Source: Malacoraja senta
Taxonomy: Eukaryota
Assembly: GCA_038087875.1 (NCBI GenBank)
Contig: CM075985.1
Location: 7,936,001 to 8,000,000 of the forward strand
DNA: 64,000 nucleotides
Direction of reading: 5' to 3'
The notes beneath the pieces are model-generated. The model had not been told where the DNA came from and did no database searches. It saw only the letters and a program-made list of their open reading frames with translations. The translations under genes and the position numbers were made by a program. Of this stretch, positions 19,781 to 30,900 are shown piece by piece. Each line of letters starts with the position of its first letter. Within the stretch, counting starts at the first letter, position 1.

Positions 19781-21419
19781 AATCGTGTACATATATCTAC
19801 TCTGAATTCCATCAGAAAACTTTCACTCTATAATCAGGGCTAGTTTTCACTGGTGACTTATTTTAGCAGTATGAAGGATTTCAAGATAATCAGGTAGCAC
19901 AGTGACCTGTTATTTTTTTAAACATTCTGTTAAATTGTAAACCTGAACAATGACATTGAAACTCCAGGTTTGGAAACGTACTGAAACCAGCATTAATGAG
20001 TAAGGGAATTAACAGATATACATTGCCGAATCATCCTGAGGTGGCTGATTGTGGGAGTAGATGTTTGAACAAAAAAAAATCCAGGAGCCAGAATTTGAAG
20101 AACTGGAAGAAATTCTAAGGGGGAATAAGGATATGGCAAAGGAGTTAAACAAATACTTTGTGTCTATGACTAATTCCCCTTGTGAAGTGGTGCTTTACAA
20201 ACTTGAACTGGTTCAGATATTTCCACAATACAGTTGTGAAGGGGAGGAGTGGATCATTTCAATTTAATGTCAACAAAGGAACATTAATATATTTCTGGGG
20301 CAGGATGGTGTAAGTCTTGGAGTGAAGGTTGCAGGTAATGATGTTCCCTTGCAATTGATGCTCTGCTCCTTCCCAGTAGCAGAGGTATCGGGTTTGGGAA
20401 GTGCTGTTGGACAGCCTAGGGGAGCAACAGAAATACATTACATAGATGACACACGCTGCAGCAACTTTGTCACTGCTGGAGTCAATTAAATTTTGGGGTG
20501 TTGGATGGGGTAGTAATCAAGGGAGCTGCTTTTTGTAGGCAGTGTTAACATTATTGGGTGTTGTTGGAACTGCAGTCATCAAGACAAGTGGAGAGTATTC
20601 CATCACATATATCTGACATGTCTTTCAGATGGTGGAAAAACTTTGTAGTGCTCTTGTAATCACAGTGTTTATATGACCAAACCATTTTAGTTACTGGTAG
20701 GTTGTGATCCCGAGGATGTTGATGGTGAGCCACTCAGCAATGGTAATATCAATGGTAAATAATTGGAACCTCTTGCTGAAGAACACTATGGACTTGCACT
20801 TTTGGCACCAATGTTACTTGCCACTCATCAGTTTATGTCTAATGTTGCTCAGATTTGCAGCATGCAGCATGGACTAATTCACTTGTCAAGAATGAAATTC
20901 ACTTGTGAATGAAATTATAAATGGTATGACCAGAAGGGAACATTCTCACCTCTGAGCTTGTCGTGGAAGGAAAATATTTGCTGAAGCAGCTGATGATGGG
21001 ACTAGGACATTGACTTGAGGAACGTCTGCACTGACATCCTAGGATGATTGATTTCCAGCATCCACAATCATCTTCCCCGGTGCAAGATAAAACTCTAGTC
21101 ATTGAAATGTTGACTTCAATTTTACTAGAGCTTGTAGTTCCCACATTCAGTAAAATGCAGTCTTGATATTAAGGGTGAAGATAGATACAAAAGGCTGGAG
21201 TAACTCAGCAGGTCATGCAGCATCTGTGGAGAAAAGTATTAGGTGATGTTTCAGGTCGAGACCCTTCTTCAGATATTAAGGGCTGTCACTTATACCCTGA
21301 TGCATATAATTTAGATCTTTGGGTTATATTTTGATCAAAGACTGGGGACAACTGCTTCAGTTAAACTTAAATTTGGATGAAGCAAGATGGCATTTGGAGA
21401 GTAACTGCGCTTGATTAAA

Positions 21420-22745
21420 AAAGACACAAAGTGCTGGAGCAACTCAGCGGGTCAGGTGGCATTTGTGGTAACATAGATAGGTGATGTTTCAGGTTGGGAC
21501 CCTTATTTAGACTGATTTTGGAATGAGTTAGGGGAGGTGGGGGAAGAAAACTGGAGGAGAGGAAGAGCAAGACAAAGCGTAGCAAATCATAGGTGGGTAT
21601 GGGTGAGGAGGGATTTGGATAGGCAGATGGCGTGAGGTAGGATTTACAAATTGTGAAGCCACAGGAAGCAATGTAGGTGGAAGGGTTGGGGGATGGGGAG
21701 AAAAAGATGTGAGTCCAGGTAAGGCACAGGGTAGAGATGGGAAAAGGGGGGAGGGGGGGGGGTGATAACAGCTAAAACTGGTGAATTCAAAGTTCATACC
21801 ATTGGGTTGTAAGCTATCCAAGCGGAATATGAGGTTCTGTTCCTCCAGTTTGTGTGTGGCCTCACTCTGGCAAGAAGGACACCCAGAACAGAAAGGTGAG
21901 TATGGGAATGGGAAGAGGAGATAAAATGGATAACAACCAGGAGATCCAGGCCTTGGCGGACCGAGCACAAATGTTTGATGAAATGGTCCAGGCTACGCTT
22001 GGTCGCGCCAATGTAAAAGAGACCACAATCGGGAACACCGGATGCAGTAGATGAAATTAGAAAAGGTGTATGTGAACCTGTTTCAGCTGGAAGGACTGCC
22101 AGGGTCCCTGAATGGATATGAGGAAGTATAGGAACGGGTGTTACAACTCCAGCAACTTCACGGGAAAGTACCTGATGTGCTGCAGTAAGTAAGAATTTCA
22201 TTGTCCCGTCTGGGACATATGACAATAAAACACTCTTGACTCTTGGATTGGTTTGGATGGCAAGGGATAAATGAACAAAGGAATTGTGTAGCGAGCTGTC
22301 TCTGCGGAAGGCGGAAAGGGGTGGGGATGGGAAGATGTGTCTGGTGGTCGGAAGGTGGTGGAAATCTCAGAGAATTATGTGTTAGATGCGGAGGCTGGTG
22401 GGGTGAAAGGTAGGGACATGGGGAAATCAAACTTTGTTTCATCTGGGGGGAGGGGGATCGAGAACAGAACTACAGGACACAAATGAGATGTGTGAGGGGT
22501 GCATCTATGACAGCAGGGGGAGAACACATTTACTAAAGAAAGTGGACATCTGGGATGTCCTACAATGGAAAGCCTAATCTTGGGAGCACATGTGCCAGAG
22601 ATGGAGAAATTGAGAGTGGGGCATAGTGTCTTTGTAAGAGGCAGGTGGGAGGAGGAGTCTAGATTACTGTGGGAGTCAGTGGGTTTGTAGTAGACATCAG
22701 TCGATAGTCTGTCGCCTGTGATAGAGACAATGAAGTAGATGGGCG
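21420..22745 (-). mobile_element. Penelope-like element remnant
   Basis: GLFYIGATKRSLD...HLSVLG and CQSEATHKLEEQNLIFRLDSLQPNGMNFEF (GIY-YIG); pseudo-LTR tail at 21420-21515. Confidence 0.85.
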
Positions 22746-22749
22746 GTCA

Positions 22750-23770
22750 GGGCCCCTCTCTAGTTGGTGATAGGATGGTTCAGTTGCCTGATAACAGCTA
22801 GGAAGAAACTGTCCTTGAATCTGGAGGTATGCGTTTTTACACTTCTGTACCTCTTGCCTGATGGGAGAAGGGAGTGATCGGGGTGAGACTCATCCTTGAT
22901 TGTGCTGCTGGCCTTGCCGAGGCAGCGTGGTGTAGGTGGATTAATGGAAGTGAGGTCGATTTGCAAGATGGTCTGGGCTGTTTCTACAATTCTCTGCAAT
23001 TTCTTGCAGTCTTGGATGGAGAATGCTGTGATGCATCCTGATAAAATGATTTCCTTGGCACATCTGTGGAAGTTGGTGAGAGTTGTTGGGGACATGCCGA
23101 ACTTCTTAAGCCTCTGAAGGAAGTCAAGACATTGGTGTGCTTTTGTGGCCATTGCTTTGATATGGCTGGTCCAGGACAAGTTGTTGGTGATATTTACTCC
23201 GAAGAACTTTAAGCTTTCAACCATCTCTACTTCAGCGCCATCAATATGAATGAATTAATACTTTATTGTCACATGTGACAAGTCACAGTGAAATTCTTTG
23301 CTTGCATACCTTGGGTATGCAAATAGTCACCACATAAAAGGCACTGACAAAGTCACAAAGTATCCCGCACCAGGTCCTCCTTTGTTCTCCCCCCCCCCCC
23401 CCCATGCCGGGTCCTCCTTTGTTTTCCTCTCCCTTCACAGCGGTCCCCCCATACCAGAGTATGTGTACCGCTTTGCTTGCCGAAGTCGATCAATCTCCTT
23501 TGTCTTGCTGACATTGAGGGAAAGGTTGTTGTCTTGGCACTAGGTTACGAGGTTGTCAATCTCCTTCCTGTACTCCATCTCGTCATTATTTGGTATCTGA
23601 CCCCCTACGATGTTGCCTGCAAATTTGTACATTGAGTTGGTTTTGCATGTGGCTGCACAGTTCTGTGTGTACATGGAGTGAACAAGGGGGCTGAGGATGC
23701 CTCTTTGCGGGGCATCGGTGTTGAGGATTATCGTCGTGGATGATTTGTCACATGTCCTCAGGCCCTCTCA
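22750..23770 (-). mobile_element. Rex1/Babar LINE fragment with a nested short insertion (about 23235-23500)
   Basis: VESLKFFGVNITNNLSW...KAHQCLDFLQRLKKF...LPSGKRYRS...RFKDSFF. Confidence 0.85.
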
Positions 23771-24249
23771 TAGATGAACTGAGGCCCAGGCCAATTTCAA
23801 TTTTAGAGGCCTCCAAACCAAGATCAAGCAGAGGCCCCCAAATCAAGATCCCTTTGAAGCATTGAGGCCCGTGCCAAATGGCACTTGTTTTGCCCCCACC
23901 CCCCACTGCTTGTGGTCTGTTGGGCTGGAAATGAGGTTGGAAGCCAGTTTACTCCAACTTCCACGAGTTTGTAGATGAGCTTGAATAGGACAAAGGTATT
24001 GAAAGCAGAGCTGTAGTCTACAAATAGAAGTCTGATTTTCCACATGGTTAGGTAAATGCCATATTGTGTCTGTACTGAAACAGCCTGGCTCGACGTGTGA
24101 CCAGTTCTGAAGTAAAGATTTCGCCCAGGTTCAAGCAGATTGCCGACAGCTTCCATGAACCGAGCTGGCTAAGCACTGAGTGCTGGAGTAACGCGGCGGG
24201 TCAGGCAGCATCTCTGGAAGAGCGAGATGTCGCTTGTGAAAAGAGTGAA

Positions 24250-24920
24250 CGTATCTCTGGAGGACGTGGATGGGCAACGTTTGATGTCCGCACCCTTGGT
24301 CGGAAACCGTTAAACGGACGGTCGCGCTCGCACTGCAGGCCTGGAGCGCGCGGGCGCGTCACGTGACGGCCGCCCAGGGTCCAGGCAGGCTCGCGGACTT
24401 TGCTGCTGGAAGCGGCGGTTCCTTCCTCAGCAGCCGGGCCATGAGTGAGCACTGGGCTGGGACAAACATGAACAGGTGGCAGGGTGCCAGGGTGCCAGGT
24501 ATGTACGATCACGGAAACCTAGTGTTATATGCGAGCCCGCCGCGAGAGACTGAGTGCGCATGCACATCGAGATAGTTTTTATCATTGAAGTCGGTCGGGG
24601 CCAGCTGCTGTAAGGGGAGATTCAGGTCAGTCACATTTATTTTGTACCAAAAATAAATTTAAGAATTGCATTCTGTTACTAATAGCTTCATAACTTATCA
24701 CCACTGAGCATCGTCTACCTGTAGTTTCCTGCTTTTGGAATGGTAGCCGGCCATTTCCGCCTCCAGATGAACTGATACACAGTATTTCATGTGAGGTTGG
24801 TTGAGAGTCATACTTTAAAGCAAAGAAGGTCGAGTCAACATCCCTTGCTTTTGAATCAATATTTCGGCTGAGAGATCAAATTTTGGTCTCCGGACTACAA
24901 TACCCAATTCAATTCGCAGT
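24250..24920 (+). promoter_or_regulatory. CpG-island promoter, probably of the ACOT gene
   Basis: High CpG density; 12-bp palindrome CGTCACGTGACG (24357-24368, CLEAR/E-box); NRF1-like TGCGCATGCACA (24555-24566); ZNF143-like GGACTACAATACCCAA (24892-24907). Confidence 0.75.
24441..24498 (+). CDS. Putative ACOT exon 1, [19 protein letters not shown](G)
   Basis: ATG in GCCGGGCCATGA context inside the CpG island; donor G|GTATGT; phase 1 matches the acceptor at 39578 and continues in frame as GIAMNNS. Confidence 0.55.
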
Positions 24921-27900
24921 TTCGCAGCAAATGAAACAATTGTAGCTGCATGACGGAATACCTCAGTAACATTCACGAATGGGCTGACAGGTGGCAAATA
25001 TTATTTGTGCTGCCAAAGTGTTGGAAAATAAAGAGAGTCTAACTTCCTGAGACTATTTTGCTGAGTCCTGCACCATCAATATCCTGTGGTCAGGATTTGA
25101 TCAGAAATTCAACGACTGGCTGGCAAAGCAGGTCAGAAGTTGACTATACAGTGACACAAGAGCCACTGGAGAGGAACCTATAACCTGGCAGGCAGGTTTG
25201 CTAGTGTTACGCAGTTGTGTTTAAACTAGATTGGCAGGGGTGTGGGATCCAGTGCAGGTGAGAGGCTCAAAGTTGGTATGGAAGGTGATTAAAGAAAATT
25301 CAGTGGACAGGCAAGGAGCACAGTGGGATTAAATTGTACGTATTTTAATGCAGGAGGCGTGACAGACAAGGTGGATGAACTCAGGGTCTGGATAGGTATG
25401 TGTGACTGGGATGTTGCAGCTGTTATGTAATTGATTAAGAAGAATGTCACGGCAGTGGTCTGAAACGATATTACCAACATCAATCGGGCTATTTGGGTGG
25501 TCAAACTCATCATGCAACGGTGAAAGCAACAGGTGTCCTAAATTTTCTGAGACGCAACTTTCATTACTGTTCAACTTCTGTCAAGGAGAAGCTATACTTC
25601 ACCCTCGTTAGACCTCATTTGGACTACGCAATTGCAGCATGGTACCCATACACAAATAAAAACATTTCTTCCATCGAACGTGTCCAAAGACAGGCAGTTC
25701 GATTTGTTACTAATACCTATGAGAGAGAAGTGAGTGTTACCAAACTTCTGAATTCACTGGGGTGGAACCCTCTCCAAGACAGACGTGAAGCTCACCGTTT
25801 GACCTGTTTTTACAAAATGCTAAATGGCCAGCTCGACACAGATTACAAAACCTACACCAAACCCAAACCAATCAGGAGCAGACGAGGGCATTCGATCCAA
25901 TTTGAGATTCCAGCTACCAAGACAGATGTGTACAGTAATTCATTCTTCCCTCGCACAATTAAAGCATGGAATAGTCTTCACCCTAACATAGTTACCCAAT
26001 CAGATGCAACAAAATTTAAGGTAGCTCTTCCCAAGAACCCCTTCTGGCTTAAGTCCTTCCTCCACCACCTCCAGTTTATATTCCATTTGGAATATTTTGG
26101 AGGACCAAGAAACCAAGGAAACCAAGCTGAGAAATATAAAGCGACATATAATCTGAAGAAGGATCTCGACCCGAAAAGTAGCCTATTTCCTTCGCTCCAT
26201 AGATGCTGCCTCACCCGCTGAGTTTCTCCAGCATTTTTGTCTACCTAATATAAAGGAAACGATCACCTTGTTGAGAATGTACGATAGGTCCCCAAATATC
26301 AGCGGGAATTAGAAGAAAAAATATAGGCCTGGATATTACATGCAGCTATAAGACAAATTGTCATAGGGGATTTAAATGTTACCAATATAGTTTGGGACTG
26401 TCAGATTTAGGAAATTGGTATGGGCAAGTGACTGATGTGTCCATGGGTGAGCCATTTGGGAACAATGACAATCATTCTGTTAGTTTTAAAATAGTTATGA
26501 ATAAGAAATTCAGTCTATGAAAGTAAGCATGCAGGTACAGCAGGCAGTGAAGAAAGCGAATGGCATGTTGGCCTTTATAACAAAAGGAATCGAATATAGG
26601 AGCAAAGAGGTCCTTCTGCAGTTGTACAGAGCCCCAGTGAGGCCACACCTGGAGTATTGTGTGCAGTTTTGGTCCCCTAATTTGAGGAAGGACATTCTTG
26701 CTATTGAGGGAGTGCAGCGTGGGTTTACAAGGTTAATTCCCGGGATGGCGGAACTGTCATATGCTGAGAGAATGGAGCAACTGGGCTTGTACACTCTGGA
26801 GTTTAGAAGGATGAGAGGGAATCTCATTGGAACATATAAGATTGTTAAGGGTTTGGACACGCTAGAGGCAGGAAACATGTTCCCGATGTTAGGGGAGTCC
26901 AGAACCAGGGGCCACAGTTTAAGAATAAGGAGTAAGCCATTTAGAATGGAGACGAGGAAACACTTTTTCTCACAGAGAGTGGTGAGTCTGGAATTCTCTG
27001 CCTCAGAGGGCGGTGGAGGCAGGTTTTCTGGATGCTTTCAAGAGAGAGCTAGATAGGGCTCTTAAAAATAGCAGAGTCAGGGGATATGGGGAGAAGGCAG
27101 GAACGGGGTACTGATTGGGGATGATCAGCCATGATCACATTGAATGGCGGTGCTGACTCGAAGGGTCGAATGGCCTACTCCTGCACCTATTGTCTATTGT
27201 CTATTGAAATTCTGAATTGTATATTATTCAAAAACTAGACTGAATGAATTCTATCCAAATACTTCTCCCATTTGTGATAAATGTTTATCTCAAAATGCCA
27301 CTATAATACACTCTTCTGTTTCCTGCATAAAACTTCATAAATTCTGGAGCGATATCTTTGAAATATTTACAACATTATTCAAGGTAAAAATGGAGCCTAA
27401 CACAGAAATGATTATACTTGGAGTAACAGAAGACGGGAACAAATTGAATACATTTCAAAATTCAATTTTTAATTATGGGTTAATAACGGCAAAAAAACAT
27501 ATACTTAAATTTTGGAAAAATACACCCATTCCAACGTTTAAAATGTGGATTTCAAACATGTTGGACACCGCACATCTTGAAGAAATGCGATTCCACCTAA
27601 GACAAATCAGACCAATTCTTAACGAGTTGGTCTCCATTTATCGACTTCTTGGAAGCATATGGTGCAACAAAATCGTAGAAACCAACTGTTTCAGGACTGG
27701 GTGAAGGATGGTCAAGAATATAAATAACTATCTCCTATAATCTCCTACTCTCTTTCTCTTTCTCTCTCCTTTTTTTAAAAAACTTTCCCTCTTTCTCCCC
27801 TTTTCCTTTTCACACACCATACATCACATGTTTTTCTATTTTTTATTACCTACTCTCTTTTTCTCTCTTTTATTGTTAAAAAAAAAAAAACGAAGCTGTA

Positions 27901-30900
27901 CATAAAATGTAACATGCCAATATATATTAGGCACCTTGGTGCCACATTACTGTACTTCTGATAAAATTAAAAAATGTTTTTTTTTAAAATTCTGAATTCT
28001 GAATAAAGGCCAACTTTAATTTAATGGTATGAGACAGGAGCTTGTTAAACTTGTTTGAGGGCAAAAGTGGGACTTTTTAAAAGTGTGATGATGAGTTTGA
28101 GCATGCATGTTCTGGTTAAAGTAAAGGGCAAGGTAGGCAGGAATATACAAGCTTGGATGTCAAGAGAAATTGAGGCTCTGGTCAGGAAAAACAAGAAAGC
28201 CTGGGACAGGTATAGGCAGTGGGGCACACGTGTGTACTTGGAGGATTTTCGGAAACTGAGGAGCATACGTAAGAAGGAATCAGAGGGCAAGAAAGGTGTA
28301 GGGAATGGCTCTAGCAGACATTAAGGAAAATTTGTGATGAATCTGTGGAATCTATTACTAGAGATGGCAGTGGAGGCTTTGGGTATTTTTAAAGCAGAGA
28401 TTGACAGGTTCTTGACTCGTAAGGGTGTCAAAGGTTATGGTGGGGGGGGGGGGGGGAGCCAAGAGAATGGGGTTGAGAGGGAAAGATAGATCAGCCCTGA
28501 TTGAATGCCTGAGTAGACAAGATGGCCAAATGGCCTAATTCTGTTCCTATGTCTTATGAACCCTTATCTTATGAAAACCCTAAGAGACTTTGTAAGTACG
28601 TTTAGGGAAAGAGGGTAACTAGAGAGAATAGGGCCCCTCGGAAATCAAAGTGGTCATCTCAATGTGGAGCTGCAGGAGTTGGGTCAGGTCGTCAATGAGT
28701 ATTTCTCATTACTGTGGAGAAAGTCATGATTGGGGAACATAGCACAGTTAATGGAGATGTCTTGAGGACTATCTGTATTACGGTTGAGGACGTGCTGGAT
28801 GTTTTGAGACGTCTTCATTGCTGCCATACTTCTTCATTGGTGAAGAGCTGCCACGGGATCCTTCATCAAACTCCACCCAACCAGCCGTCTACCCAGCCCA
28901 CTATAAAAGTGGACGACACCACTCTTGAAAACGTTGACCACTTCCCCTACATTGGCAGCATTCTTTCCTCAAAAGCTGACATTGACTCTGAGATCAACCA
29001 TCGCCTGAGTTGTGCCATGGAGCCTACACCAGACTCAGGAAAAGAGTCTTTGACCTAAAGGCTCAAACAAAACTGCTGGTCTACAGAGCCGTTGCCTCCC
29101 CACCCTGTTGTATGGAGCCGATTCATGGACCACCAAAAGCAGGCACCTGAGAGCCCTGGAACAATACCATCAAAGATCCTTACAAAAGATTCTGAGGATC
29201 AGCTGGGAGGACAAACGCACCAACATCAGCGTTTTGGAGGAAGCCAACATAGCCAGCATCACCACCACAATAATGCAGCACCAACTTCGATGGACTGGCC
29301 ATGTCATCCGCATGTCCAACACACGTCTCCCTAAACAGATCCTGTACTCTCAATTGAAGGAAGGTCGGCGAGCCCCCGGCGGGCCAAAGAAACGCTTCAA
29401 GGACAACATCAAGAACACATCACATCGAGCAACTGGGAGAACATTGCACTGAACACTCCTTGCTCTGGAGTGTTGTAGAGCAACTCGTCATGAAACGGAA
29501 CTATGCCGTGTCGCAGAGACAAAGCGACAGCACCGTAAGGAGAGAGTGAAGGGGGCTCGATGACTACCAACCACCATCAGTCTCCACTGCCCAAGTCGCA
29601 CTAAGGTGTGTGGATCGCGGATCGGCCTCTACAGACATCTGCAGATCCACAAGTAGACGACCCTATGGAGAGGAGAGGACAGTCATACTCGTTTCGAGTG
29701 ACCGCCGATGATGATGATGATGATGATGATGATATGGGTAGATAAATCTCCTGAGCCTGATCCGGTATATCAGTAGACACGGTGGGAGACTAGAGAAGAA
29801 ATTGCAGGCGCCCTGGGTGAGATATATGAATCATTATTTGACGTGGATGAGGTGCCGGAAGATTGGAGGGTAGCTAACATTGTGTCTCTATTTAAGAAGG
29901 GCTGCAATGAAAATCCAGGAACTATAGATCAGTGAGTCTAACATCTGTGGTAGGCAAGTTACTCGAGAGGATTCTGAGGAATAAGATATATATGCATTTG
30001 GATAAACATAGGTGATTAGGGATAGTCAGTATGGTTTAGTATATTGGTGATGGTGTCTTATGAACCTAGTTGAGTTTTTCGAAGAAGTAACCAAAAAGGT
30101 TGTCAAAGGCAAAGCTGTAGGGGTGTTGCCTATATGAACTTGAGCAAGGCATTTGATAAGGTTTGCAGAGTAGGCTGCTCTGGAAGGTTAGATCGTATAT
30201 GAGCCAGGGCAAACTAGCCAACTGGATAAAGAATTGGCCTGGAGGCCTGTGGCTGTGGGGATGTTTCGGGGATCGGTATTGGACCCATTGCTGTTGTGAT
30301 TGAAATCAATGATTTGGATGGAATGCAGAAGTTATGATTAACAAGTTTACACTCCAGCAGTATGAACATTGACTTCTCCAATTTCAGGTAGTCCTTGCTT
30401 TCTCCCTCCTTCCTCTTCCCTTCCCAGCTCTCCCACAGCCCACTGTCTCCACCTCTTCCTTTCTTCTTCCCGTCCCCCCACCCCCACATCAGTCTGAAGA
30501 AGGGTCTCGACCCGAAACGTCACTTATTCCTTCGCTCCATAGATGCTGCCTCACCCGTTGAGTTTCTCCAGCATTTTTGTCTACCTTCGATTTTTCCAGC
30601 ATCTGCGGTTCTTCCTTAAAAAAGTTTGCAGATGTCATTAAAGTGGGTGGTATTGTAGATAGTGAAGATGGTTGTTAAAAAATAATGGCAGGATCATGAT
30701 CATCTGGGTAAGTGGGCTGAGGAATGGTTTATGGAGTTTATTACAGATAAGTGCGAGGTGTTGCATTTTGGGAAGTCAATTCTGGGCAGGAGTTTCACTA
30801 TGAATGGCGAGTCTCCGAAGAGTTGTAGAGCAGTGGGACCTAGGAATGCAGGTATTTAGTTCCCTGAAAATGGTGTCACATGTCGATGAAGTGGTCATGA

